A stretch of DNA of 64,000 nt, taken from NCBI GenBank assembly GCA_904063045.1, contig CAJFCJ010000002.1:4273891-4337890 (forward strand). The letters are read 5' to 3'. Under the pieces are notes generated by a model that ran no database searches, was not told the origin of the DNA, and saw only the letters and a program-made list of their open reading frames with translations. Positions 1 through 13,400 of the stretch are shown piece after piece; positions within the stretch are counted from its first letter, which is position 1; each line of letters starts with the position of its first letter. The position numbers were made by a program, and so were the translations under genes. Source of the DNA: Dimorphilus gyrociliatus. Lineage: Eukaryota; Animalia; Annelida.

Positions 1-3000
1 TATACAGTAAAGACAACAAAGAAATAGAGCTATGTCTATAAAAGTGCATATTAATGTAATATATACACCCATATACATATTCGATTGAGTAGAGAGGTCT
101 TGAATACAGATACTATAAACGTTCGCCACTTAAATGAATATACATATTGGTTTTTATTTATCATTCAATAAACAAAAGATTACAAGCTTGAAGAAATTAA
201 GATAAATTGAAAGGATACTTTTGCAAAACAATAGGAATATATAGAAATTGAATCTTGACGTTTTAACTAATCAAATATGCTGTTGTAAATGATTTTTTCT
301 CAAAAATATAAATATATTATGAGTTGAAAAGAAGGAAAAGTTTTTAGTTGCATGATTAGTTTACAGAGACAAACGACAGATCGTTTAAAGCTACTATAGA
401 ATGGATTATATTAATTTTTCTTGAAAATGAAAAATTCAAGAAAACGTCAGTCGCGCATAAAAACACCCTCGCTCCAGCAAAATACGTATTGTGTACACAA
501 CAAGCCCCAACTTCTATTTGGCTCTATGCATAATAAATGCATTTTCCATGAATAATGAATGTTCTTAGGTTATCCAATTTCTGACAACGTATACTCGAAA
601 AGTATTCCTATCTATAATTTATATTGCCTGAGGCCATTTTTCGGACGGTTCTTTGATGTTAATTAAAGCTGCATAAAAATAACAAAGACAATATCTAAAT
701 ACAAATTTCTGCTACTTTAATTATAAACTTTGATAATAAAAAGTACTTTTCTGCGTTCAATAATCAAAATACAGTAATAGTCATCGAAATATTGAACACT
801 TGAACTTGAATAATTTATGTAGCTTTTTAAAATATCAAATTTTTGAAATATGCTATAAAGTCATAAAATAATTATAAACTATCGATTCATATAAGATTTT
901 TTCTTCTATTAGGAATTTTCCTAAACAGAGAAGATAGCGAAATGTACAAAGCAAAGTAGAGAGAATAATAGAAATCGTTCTTAGTGGGAAATTAAGAAGG
1001 GCGTGCAGCGAATAGCTTAAATAATCTACATTCATCAATATTTTATGAGCGTTTTATAAAGAATTCATCACTCGCGTATATTGGCGCCGGCTCTGCACCA
1101 GCTCTTTAATTACGCATGCATGCTATTCGTCTGTCACAGCTTTCATTGCTACAGTTAAGTGATTTTTTGTAAGTATTTATTTCTTTTGCTTTTTTAATAT
1201 TACTATTTTTAATTTATTCAATTTTTTTTTTACTTTTAATGTTTTCCTTTTCATTCGTCTTCCTATACTTTTCCGTCTGTTTGTCTGCCTGTCCCTCTTT
1301 CTGTCCCTCTGTCTCTCTATATCTATATAAATTTATATATATATATATATTGATATATTCATCTCTATTTCTTTATCTTATATAGACTGTATGTATGTAT
1401 AAATGAACTTTACTAATCTTTCATGATAATTAATTGACTTGATTCCTTATGTAACTCCTTATCGGCCTCTTCCAATCCCCCCTATTTATATCTCGCTATC
1501 TTTTTTTACTCTTGTAATTTCTTTTAAAATTATGAATAAAATGTCTTATAGTACTTTTTATTGAGATCTCGTCTCCAGTATTCAATAAAAATCGTTCAAA
1601 CTCAAAGTATGGAAAATTCGCATAGGAAATTAATAATCCCAATACAAACAAGGCATGCACATGAATAATTTTGTATGCAAAATTGTCCAAAGCTATGTAA
1701 GTGATTGTATTGAGAGAAATTACTCTTTATTCGATGAATTAGCGTAAATGAATTAGTACAAACAATTTTTCCATATTTAAAGTATCCTCCATTGAATATT
1801 CGAACTGTTTGTTAATAAGACATTTAAAGCATGTAGTAAAAAATTATTGTTGCATAAAAAAATAGGTTATAAGCCATTAATTATTCTTAGAATAAGCTAA
1901 TCTGTTATCTATTTAATATGATATTGAATAAATGAAATTTAAAAATATAGAACGAAGGTATGTTTCATACAAAATATATAAATTCTTATCAATTTATGCT
2001 AAATTATTGTTTTATAGATTTTTAATAAGTTAAAAGTTTTTTATTACTGTAATAATATTTCAAACTTATTAAAAGCTCTATTTTCTAGTTTGTCATCGTT
2101 TTCTTCTTTATTTTCTTTGGTTCTTTTAATATTTTATCTATTTTCCTGTTTCTATAAAAGTTTCTTTACATTTTAATTTTTAATTCCTTTAACAATTTAC
2201 TAGAAGTTCAGTTCCTCTAGGCCGTTATAACTCGGAGACTATGATAGATTTCCAATGTTTGTTACTGTATATATTTAACATTTTACTATTTAAAGTAATT
2301 TAATAGAATTCTTTATTTGTTGGCGTCAGCATAAAATTTCTAATCGTGGTTTCAAAAGAATGCAAAAAAAAATAGAAACGTTTGCACAATTATTAATAAA
2401 TTATTCACAAAGGTACCATTATAATATTAGTTTGGAAAAAAATTGATTTAATACACCCAAGTCTCCCATAAGATTCATCAATACAAAAATTTAGACAAAA
2501 CATTTAATTAAACATTCAAGAGAACACGACTTACATTTGATATTAAATAAATGTCACATGACATTAAAAATTCGCTCCTTATACATAATAAATAAAGCCG
2601 CAAGCAATTTAATTTATTTTTCAACAGCATTACATAGTATTCAGAATATTCAGACAACGATAATTGCCTCTATATGGAACAGTTGTTTATAATTTAACCG
2701 ACAGTTAAGGAATTGTGCTAAATTATCGACTGTGAATAATACTTAATATATTAATTCAATAGATTAAATCCCTTCTTGCTTTAATATTTTCATTCACTTT
2801 TAATCTTTTTGTACTTTATTAAATTTAGTAGGGATCATAGTTTTTTAATTATAAATTATCTATGTACATAGAAATAGTCAAACATACATAATGCTAGCCG
2901 TATACATTATATCAGATATGTATAAAGTGTATATTTAGATTCATAACGATACTTTTCTATGTAGTACAACTATTTCAATATATTGAATAACAATTTTCCT

Positions 3001-4012
3001 ATATCAATATCTAAAACTAATTGTAGTCAGTTTCAAAGAGAGCTATTGGATGGTCTATATACATAACAAATTATGCTGTATAATATATATAGGATATGGA
3101 AAGTATATCGTACAGTTTTTTATCATATGTGTCATGAATATGTACAGTATGTATAGTTTATGCAACAATATACTATATATTGCTATTTTTTATGCATATT
3201 TATTATTATTTATTAATATAAACGTGTATATATATATATATTATTATATTAGTATATATAGATATATGTAAATAAAGTATATATGTATATTTCCGCCTAA
3301 ATACAGTATATATATATATATATGAATATCTTGGATCCATATATTATATACTTTATTTAAATATGAATCGTTTAGAAAGAGGCAGATCATTTATTCCTTA
3401 ATTACTTTTATGAATAAAAAAGTATATGCTTGGTCATCTACGCATAATCTATAAATGTTGTATAAATTTATTATATCTATAGGTAATTGTTTTATTTCTT
3501 ATAAGTCGTAATTATACTAAAAATGTATATTTATGTATAAAATATGTACCAAGACATTAAATCAATTAATGATATCTTCTGATTAGATCTAGGTAAACTA
3601 TACGAATATCGTATTACTTATAGTATTCCTTGTTCAGTGCACAATGAACAAACCAATACATATAATCAAATGCAAGACCCTATTTACAGCTTATGTAACT
3701 TTTACAGCAAAATTATCCGGTCGATTACATAATTCCTAATAAATTATCTCCTCAGAGCTTACACAATGTGAAAAATTAATGATAACAAAAAAAAAACGTT
3801 TTAGAAGAGAAACTTGCCTTTAAAATTTCAAAATTCTTTTTTGCTTATTAAAATTATGTACTTTACTTACTTAAAGTATCGGTTCTGCTTGAGAAAAATT
3901 GTGAGAAAACAAGGATTATTGCGCAACCCTCACCCTCATCAACAATTCAAATCCGGCCCTGAATAATTAATAAGCTCCCAACCGCCGCCGCAGCCTCATT
4001 CGCAAACGAGTC

Positions 4013-4329
4013 ATGGACGAAATCAGAATCAAGCAGGAACCCCGCGAAGAAATTTGGCCAAACCAACAAGTTATCTATTCTTCAATGAGAGGACGACATA
4101 AGATACCATCCTTAGTCTACGCACGTGCTAAGTGTACAAGTCCGGATCTCAAGTTTATTTGCGAAGTGTGTCACGCTGAACTAGCTTCCAGGCATGAATG
4201 AATGAAAAATATGGATCGCTTATAATCTTTACTATTCTTCATTTTAGTTTAACGGATGCAAAAAGTGACATGCTCCATTTCTAGTAGACTTATAGGCTTA
4301 AAATAATAAATAAATATGCATATATACAG

Positions 4330-4370
<41 letters not shown>

Positions 4371-6757
4371 ATATATGTATATATTTATAAATACATGTAT
4401 TTATAAATATGCCTAGAGGATACAAGTTGTGTGTATTTCTTTGTGAATATATTCATGTATGCAGGACGTATATACTGCATATAACTTTATTTTCACAAAT
4501 AAGTACGTATATTTATACTGTATATGCATATATATATATATAAATTGATATATATATAAATTTATATATATATATATATGTATGGGATATGTACAATATA
4601 TATACTTTAATTCTGAATATTAATAATCAAAAAAAATTATAGTTATTGTTTATATAGACATCTTTTATTTACGATTTAGTATATTTAAAAATTTAGCTGA
4701 AGGGACAATTTTTGGACATAATGAAATATTAAAAGTTCTTTTATTCATTAAGACTACATAGATGAAAATGTATCTGAAAATGTATATGTATGTATACAAC
4801 TTAACCAATACATACGTATTACATATACAAAGTGGACATATCCATAAAGATACTTAAGAAATATATATATATATATACATATATGTTATAAAGCGTTAAA
4901 TATAGTGTGTAAGATATTATTGCATGTGGTTAAGTGTAAAGTCTATAATTGTAAATCAAAAAGTTTATCTAATATTACTTTCCATTACAAACTCCACCTC
5001 AAATTGATGAAAATGATAGCTTATTCTTTTTCTTCAATAAGTGATCTATATTTTCATTCATCCATGTTTACTCAGGCAACTGCTTCATTTACATAAGTTG
5101 TGCCATTTTAATACTTCAACCGTATGCTACGCATGTGATTTTGGAAATGTTGCCGGAGCAAGGAGTATGGCAGCTCATATGGCTAGTCAACACGATCAGC
5201 TAAATCCATTGGCTAGACATCTCGTTGATAGTAAACAGGGTTTTATATGCCCTGTTTGTCTTCAAAAATTTACTGCCGACGCCACCATTGCCAGTCATTG
5301 GGCAAGTCACGTTGAAAAAGAGTCGGCGCACTTTGCTTGCAAGTTGTGCGCTTTAGAATTCAGCAATGTAAAAGCATTAACTGCTCATCTGTCCTCCTCC
5401 CGACATCGGGAAATGAAGGTAAAAATTTTGATTTCTTTTTTTATCTATACATTATAGAGAGTTTCTGTTTAGGTCATTAATAAGAACTTTATTATTTCAC
5501 TTTTATTCTTTCAAATTTTAGACGTTGTCATGACTTACATTACTAATTATTTATCACTTATGAATTGATTTTCCCTTTCTGTAAAATTCTCATAAAATTG
5601 TACAAAAGATGCCAAATAAGAATCTATCAAAGGTTTTCTTTTAAAAAAAACAAATGTTTAAATAATTAAGATTACTTTGGAACGAACTGCTATTGATTCA
5701 TCAATTAATCTAAATATTTATTGTTATAAAGAAAAAATAATTGAAACAGGTGAAAATGCAGAGCATCTTCGTTTGCTGCGATTGCCACGCAGTCTTCGCT
5801 ACTCGCGACTCTTACGCAATGCATATGATGGTGAGGGCCCAAAATGAAACTTGTAAGAGTTCATCTGCTCCACCAAATTTCATTGAACAACTTATATCGG
5901 CTGCTAAACCTCTTCCTATTGGACAGTTGAACTTAAATCTCCCTCTTCCTACATCCAACGCGACGCTTTCCGATACTTTAGCACTTCAGATGCTAGCTAA
6001 AATACAGGCTGATGAGAAACAAAACCACGTTTGTCCTCATTGTAAAACAGTGTCCTTTTCTTCTATTGATAGTCTGGCTATGCATGTAATGCTAAAACAC
6101 CCAAAAGATGGCGGAATGGTAGATAAAACGGAACACATTGGATTGAAAAGAAGAATATCCTTTCCAATGGAAGAGGAGAGAAAAAAAATAAGAAATTCTA
6201 GATCGGTATCTCCGACCTTTCTCAGATCGGAGATTCACCTAAGGTGTCAAACTTGCTCAGACGAATTCGACAGTAACTTGGCTCTTTTCGAGCATGTTAG
6301 GTCTTTTCATCTGAATGTTAATAAATCTCCAATTCGATGTGATGTATGCGACCTGGATCTATCTACAAAATTCGCTCTCAAAGTTCACGAAGAATCTGAC
6401 GAGCATAAAATGAAAGAAAAGAACGAGGAACCTCGAAAGAGGAAACGGAAATCCGCTCCTACCCCTCGATCAGCTTTCTCTGGTACAGAAACACCGATTA
6501 GCACGAACTCTGAATCAAACGTGGAATCAGTAGAAAGAAAGGATGAAGAGGAAGATGTTTTAGAATTTCTGTTGTCAAATTCCAAGAATGTAACCATGTG
6601 TAAATTTTGTAAGGTCGTGTTTATAGATCGTACACTTTACCAACTTCATATGGGTCTACATAATGTAAACAACCCGTGGCAGTGTAATCTATGTGGCAAA
6701 GTCAGCAATGATGTTCACGACTTTTCTTCTCACGTTATTACATCGTTACATTATTAG
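4013..6757 (+). CDS. Multi-C2H2 zinc-finger transcription factor (about 10 fingers) with Ikaros/Hunchback-type C-terminal dimerisation finger pair
   Basis: Exons 4013-4191, 5076-5418 and 5750-6757. The first join (GC-AG intron) rebuilds a perfect finger, CEVCHAELASRQLLHLHKLCH. The C-terminus CKFCKVVFIDRTLYQLHMGLH-NVNNPWQ-CNLCGKVSNDVHDFSSHVITSLH matches the Ikaros/Hb terminal finger pair. The frame is open back to a possible acceptor at 3974, so an upstream exon may exist. Confidence 0.85.
4321..4385. repeat. (TA)n microsatellite with embedded TACAGTA
   Basis: Directly visible TA dinucleotide run inside intron 1 of the zinc-finger gene. Similar runs occur near 1335, 3226, 3309, 4530-4580, 4861, 13856 and 33880. 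Confidence 0.9.
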
Positions 6758-7367
6758 AAATAGATAGTTAACAATATAGTAAATATACCAGAAAATATAT
6801 AAATGTATATACAAAATATATACATGTATATTGCGTAGTTGTATACTCTACATTTATATATTTATATACAAATGTGTAAATAAAACGAATTGTCTAGTTT
6901 CAAAAGGGTACGCGATATGCGGGACGAGTGTGTGCTTTACATCTATAGTCTTTTTCGTATAAAATTAAATGATTTGAGTGAATTAATTTTATACACAAGT
7001 TACTACTCTAGTAAAAGAAACAAGAGAAACTTTATATCGTTTGTTTGTTTGTTTGTTTTTATTTAGATATGTTTGAAAGATTACCTTATTTATTATTTAT
7101 TAAACTCTTTTTTTTTCATTTTACACGAAAAAAAAAACAATATCGAATTAGAGGAATAAACATTCTAACTTTCGTATTAATACGCTAGATGGAGTTGTCA
7201 AACCGTATTGTCGATTTTTTACCTGAGGTGCATTAAAAATACACAGTGCAGTATAGTGTACAGGTGCCAACTGAAAGAGTTTTATATCATTTTATAAGAA
7301 AAGCTTAGTGAATCTTGAAACAGTATTTTAATTTCTTTTAGTGAGCTTAAATTTTACTTATTAAAAA

Positions 7368-8609
7368 ATGCAAATCAATCGGTTATTCTGTTCTAATTAC
7401 GGTATGTATTCAGTAATATCATATTGATTTTTTTCTCTACTCTTTAGACATTTGTATAATTTTTGTGAGGAACGTTAAGAGATTATTTTAGTAGTTAAAA
7501 ATAGAATAAAAAATATGTGTTTCCTCATTACTAATATATGTATATATATAGAATAAAATCAGTTTTATTTACTATATTTAACTTTTTCAAATAATGCCTT
7601 GGCTAATTTTTCGTTCTGCAAATCTTTTACAATTTTTGAGCAACATTTTAAAGAATTTCTTTTTTAGAACATTTAGAATAAAAAGTGTGTATCTATTTTT
7701 TGTTTTTTTTTCCCTCTCTCTCTCTACCAGTTTGTCTCGTTTTATTTAAAAATAATATTGTTTTTATACATAGATTGTACGTTAAAAAAGCTTTAAGACT
7801 GACTATACAGTATGACTATAGTACTTAATTATATTTCAGGAAATGGTCAAAAAGAAGAAACAACAGCTTGCTGTTGTACATTGAATAAAGTAAAAAAAAT
7901 CTCAATTGGAGTTCTTGCCCTTCTGTGTTTTCTTCACTTTATCTTCTTCCCCCTAGCAACGGAATACTATAATGACGAGTGCTTCTTAAGTGCCCAAAAG
8001 TATCAGGCTGTTGTTCATGCCGTATTTACAGTTGCAGGTCTCTTAATACAACATAATCAAACATTTTGGTTAGATTATGGAACATTGCTAGGTTATATTA
8101 GATCTGGTAGTATTCTTCGATATGATTCAGATGCAGATGTTGGTCGGATGATGTTAAATGGCACAAAGGAAGCAAAATTTTGTCGGGACTTTAAAAAAAT
8201 CTTACAAGCACATCACATGACGTTAGCAGAGAATTGTACGAAAATATTTTATACTAGCGAGAATGGAGATGTTGTACATGTTGATATGTTCCGTTGGAAG
8301 ATTTCTACGACAGAAAGTGCGAATGGAAGTGAAATTAGATCTCTAACGAGAATAGATGGTAAAGAAAAACACGAGAAGGATAAACTTCTAAAATACAGCA
8401 AAAAGATGGGAGCAGGAAGCCTCCCGGCAGATCTTGTTCTTCCTGTTCAGACAGTGAAAATGATGAATAAACTTGTTAAAGTGCCCAAAGAACCTATAGA
8501 TGTGATAAAAGTACGATACCCACTTAGCTATAAAATTCCGTTCCCATACAAATGGAAGTGTTGGCTACCGTGGAATTTTCCTAAGAAAGTGCCAGATAAG
8601 TCATCATAA
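7368..8609 (+). CDS. LicD / fukutin-FKRP family nucleotidyltransferase-fold phosphotransferase, type II membrane protein
   Basis: The motif FWLDYGTLLGYIRSGSILRYDSDADVG matches the LicD signature GTLLGAVR..G.IPWD.D.D. An N-terminal hydrophobic anchor (ISIGVLALLCFLHFIFFPLA) precedes it. The main exon is 7840-8609. A putative first exon at 7368-7401 (ATG...G|GTATGT, phase 1) matches the acceptor at 7839; this start is less certain. Confidence 0.8.
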
Positions 8610-10439
8610 TAGAATAACAAATTTTACAACGAAATGATTAAAATGACTAAGAAATTCAGAATAGAAATCAAATCGCCCCTCTTCAGCGATTATTGAATAT
8701 TTTAAGATTACAACTATGGATAAGTTTAGTTATTTTATATTTTATATATCTATTATTATTTTTTATTTTTTCATCTTTTTCTCTTTTCAAATATATAACA
8801 GAATTTCGTTTTTACATTATGAATTTTTAAAAATGAGAAGAGATATTACTATTTTAATATCATACTATTATTCTTCTTTTATGGGATAGTTATGAATATG
8901 CCCGTTCAGAAATTGATTATTCAACGAAAAAGAAAACAATCAATATTTCTTAATCCTGAACTATAATATATAAAAGCTAAGCGTTTATATAAATTCTTAA
9001 ATTTTGCAGTCCATTTTTAATAGTTCTGGAACATTATAACAGAGTGAAATAGAAATGGGACATATGTGCCGTTTTAAAAGAACCTTTACGCAGATATCTG
9101 ATTGTTATATGTAAAAAAATTATTTGTATTTGGAACACAGACAGTTTAAGTTTATTCATAAAGAATTTTACTTCAACTAGAAGATTTGAATCAATCTCTT
9201 TACTAATCAGTCGACGCCTGTACAATACCTGGTCTCTTTTAGTTGATAAAAATTGATAAAAAATAAATGATACGTTTAAAACATCATCTAAAATGTACGT
9301 TGCTAGCTTCCACTTGATAAGAAAAAACCAGGCTTAGTTGTAGGTAAATTCTGTGTAAATTAAAGGTTAACTTATTCCCTATATAAAACATTCTATTTAC
9401 TTATGGGGGAGACAAAAATTTCTAGGAGTGGGCAACAGCATATTTGCTTATTGCCCATAATGCTAAATATTTAATATTTGTTTTCCTCACACCCTTTCGT
9501 TCTTTTATACCCGTCATTCTCTATCTCTTTCCTCAGAAATCTATATTTTAATCAACAGTCATATCTGATATCATACTTAGTATTGACGAACGCGACAAAA
9601 TTATAAAGTAATTATTATATGCTTTGAGTTATTTTGCATAAATAACAGAATAAATATTCATTGTCTTATAAACTTTTAAAAAGTATATATTTGAATATTA
9701 ACAACAATATTGGTACAAATATATTAATTATATGTTACATAGTATAGCGTTACGTGTCTTTGTTGCCAAAGTTCTTTTTTTATCAGTACCAGAAAATTTT
9801 ACTCTACAGTTGGAATAGTAATTTATTATAGAACATATAGATCAGGTCACACTGATGATGAATCATCGTTTAGTAGTAAAGTATTATTAATAAAATGTGA
9901 CTATGAGGTATAATTTTTCTGCTTTACACAATAGAATGTAAGACAGAAAGAACAGAGAGTGTAATCAACAGGTACAAAATGATTAATAGAGGAGAAATGA
10001 ACAAAACAATAGTTTTGAATATTCATTAGCCAATGTGACCCCAGAAATATAAGTTGTTTAGAGTAATAGTTCGAAATATGTATGAATTCTGCGAAATAGA
10101 ATTCAATAGTATTAATGATATTCTACGAAAATAATCCATAAAATAGTACGAAAGTCTTTTAATGAAGAAATTTTTCAAAATATTTGCCTTAAACTGAATT
10201 TTTATAAGCCAATGATTATAGGTAAGATTTAGTGCGGGCATAATGTTTCCTGTTGTTCACTATACAATTGCCATCTATCGGATATAAAAAAATGTATAAA
10301 TGTCATCTTTAATAATATGGTATAAAGTATTTGATTTTAAAGGGCTTTAAAAAATTGTAATGGGAACCAACGCTATAGGGAAGCTAGCTTCAAAGACTTC
10401 ACTATTCTACATAAAAAAATATCTTCAAACTTGCTGTCA

Positions 10440-10450
10440 AAGATGGCGCT
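10440..10450 (+). promoter_or_regulatory. YY1-type motif AAGATGGCGC (no downstream gene identified)
   Basis: Matches the YY1 consensus AAGATGGCG. The same or a closely similar motif lies just upstream of CDV3 (35349), the B4GALT gene (47319-47327, minus) and the LRRIQ1-like gene (58393-58400, minus). Confidence 0.4.
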
Positions 10451-13400
10451 AAATGACAGTTTGTCAATTTTTACTGTTAGTCGAGTACGTAGATTTAAAA
10501 ATGTTTAATTATAGTAAATAATTTAATAAAACTTACAAGCAATATGAATAAATTGAATACGAATAAAGAACAATGAAAACAGCTTTTAATAAATATTTTA
10601 GTTCTATCGAAAATAATTCGCAGGTCTTAAAAGGGTTTTATTAATTTCACAGGAATGTTCTAGATCTCTTCGATTTTAATTTTGTATTTATCTTCCTTAT
10701 ATAATTAATTATTTATAAAGCATTTTTTATTCTATTTTTTCTGTCGACTCGTCGCAAATCTCCTGCAGAGTTATCTTATTTTATATATATAAACTGTATA
10801 TAGTGTATACAGCATATATATATAAATTTATATATATAGACTCTATATTAAATGTATTTATTAATATTTGAACTTAATTAATAGTAAGGTATAGAAAGGG
10901 AAATGGAATTCTCCGTCTATAATAATAGACTTTTTCCAGTTTAAAATTGTATTTATAATTACAATTATGTATATTTTATCAAAATGTTATCATCCAATAT
11001 TGAATAAAAAGTCTTATATATTCCTAAATTTACGTATTCTGTTCTAGAGCAAGTTAAATTAGAGATGACATTTTTCAAATTAACCCAGATAACCTAATTT
11101 GGTTTAGACACTTGACAACTCAAACTGTGCATTTAATTACACTCAATTACAAGAAAAATCGTTAACTGAACACCAATTAATTTAAATGCTAATTGATTTC
11201 GGTTACTATATGACAAATATCCTAAACTACAGAGTATATACTTGATAATGTACTATATATTGTATATACTATTAACAATTACGATGCAGAGAGAGAGAGA
11301 ATAACAGTTTAATGAAAGGAATATAAAAAAAAATCTTAATAATTTGCCATAATTGCCAACCTTAAAGTTGATTTTGTTAGTGTCAAAGAAAACTGACGTC
11401 ATAATCTTCTAACCTAATCTCTACGGATCAAGTTTTATTTTCCAGTTTAGTGGTATAGAATTACTCTCCTTTTTTTTTTCATTGCGTTAGTTTATCAAGA
11501 AAGACTCACCATATATGCATTTGAAATTGATGAATAATGGGTTATCGTACTATCCGATTGTTGGATATTCGCCAAATAAAATGGATTAAATACTTTTTCC
11601 CTAAAATTAAATTTTTTCCTTTATGGGAAGAGAATGAATTAGAACTAGAAAGGTCACTAAGAGAGGCGATTTGTCAAAGGGACACTTAATAGAAAAACAC
11701 AAAAAAAGTACTTAAACATTTCATTATGTAATACGAAAGTAAAACAAAATACCAATCCTACAGATTTGGACATCACTTGTATACGTCTTTTTAATAGCTT
11801 GTAATTTTGTATCTTATTTTACCCGAAAGGGTACCTTTAGACTTATTCGCCTTTGATGCTATTAATCTTCTACTGAGCTGGTTGATTATTTTAAAGCACA
11901 AGATACGCTAGTGTTTTCAGTGTTGTTCTTTCAATTATTATATTTAACCAAGTAGAAAACAAAATGTTCCATCAAGTACCCTCAAGGAGTAAATATTCTA
12001 TACAATCCACTACGTCATTCACCTGACATTTGTATCTTATTACTAATGATTTTCACGTGTAGCTAACGGTCAGAAGACTTATATCAGTAGACTTATATCA
12101 AATAATGTACTTATTCGCTTGCATTTTTTTCATATTAATAAACTAATATTTTATGACGATGTTTTCAAATATTAGTAATTTTGCCTTTGTTTAGACTCTA
12201 TAGATTGTATTCAATAATTTACGTATTACATATATGCAGATGTTAAGAAAAGCAATAGTATGAGCGCTGGAAACTATAATATTTTCCTTGATTGAAGGTA
12301 ATTGCGGGTCATGAAAGGGAAAAATAAATCTAAAAGTGGATAAGATTAATAAAGAGTAGCTTTTAAGAAAGTGACATATTATTGTTTTATGGATTTGTAC
12401 TCATAAACATTGTAAATATTACTTAATCGAAACTACTATATTCAGCTATAAATACACGATATAAAACTTAAATGTAATGGAAAGTAGATCTTATTTGGGG
12501 TGTGAATCCACTTCTAAACTATAAAAGCCTAGTGAAAATGATTGTACTCTATCTTCGAATGGTTAAAAGAGTTTTGTAGATAGATCTGTTTTGGACGTGT
12601 TTTCTAAAAATTAACTAAGTTACGTTTTAAATACACACGTATATATACAGTATATACACTGTACATACATATACAAACACGCAAACACTCCCTCACTCAC
12701 ATATAGGTGTATACATAAATAAGTGTTTCTTACTTTTAATAAGTTACTTACAGTTTATTTATAGAGTTAGTAGTTGAAGTTTAATTTTTTAACCAAAAAA
12801 TTGATTAATACTTAAAAGCTACTTCAAATGTAAGCTGTTACACACGAGACAGAAAATTCCAGAGCTAAAAATATGACAGCATATTTTTTTTGCATATTTA
12901 GAGTACTACTTTTATTACATGACTCAAATCAAACTTATTGGATTAATTGACAAACTAAACTAAGAAAACAGAATAACAAGACAAAGTATTCTAGCTGAAA
13001 AACTGCATTGAAAAAATATTAAAGAAGCGAGACGGCGGGAGATATAGAGTGAGAGAGACAGAGTATTCTGTAGAGAGAAAGATTTTGAAGGGAACAGTAA
13101 ATAAAATTGAAGGGAACATGAAAGGGATTGATTTCAAAAAACATAATAGAAAGGAAGTTTCAGAGAATAGTAACTCATCTAATTTTTCCCATAGAATATA
13201 CTAAAACTGATGACTAGTTTTATTTCAACAACATAAGGCTTTAGACATTATTTAAGAGAAAAAAAACCAAGCCAGAGATGCTAATTATAAGTTCTGTTTA
13301 CTTAGATGAAGAGAAAAAAAGATCTCCATCACGAATTCCTATTAATTGGACATACTTTCGATTTTTATAATTCTATCAATATTCGCATTATTAAAAGAAT

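Noticed and set aside
853-3271. Short ORFs 853-1038, 1496-1690 and 3050-3271
   Set aside because: AT-rich, I/Y/F-biased and overlapping TA repeats, typical of non-coding DNA upstream of a transcription factor gene.
6155-6163. ATATCCTTT, a U12-type AT-AC donor consensus
   Set aside because: It lies within a continuous open exon whose downstream fingers stay in frame, and no matching branch site was seen.
5750-6757. Calling the zinc-finger gene hunchback or Ikaros
   Set aside because: Only the terminal finger pair matches. The diagnostic four-finger DNA-binding cluster is absent.
9740-9970. Exon-like segments with AG/GT boundaries
   Set aside because: They could not be chained into an open reading frame with recognisable content on either strand.
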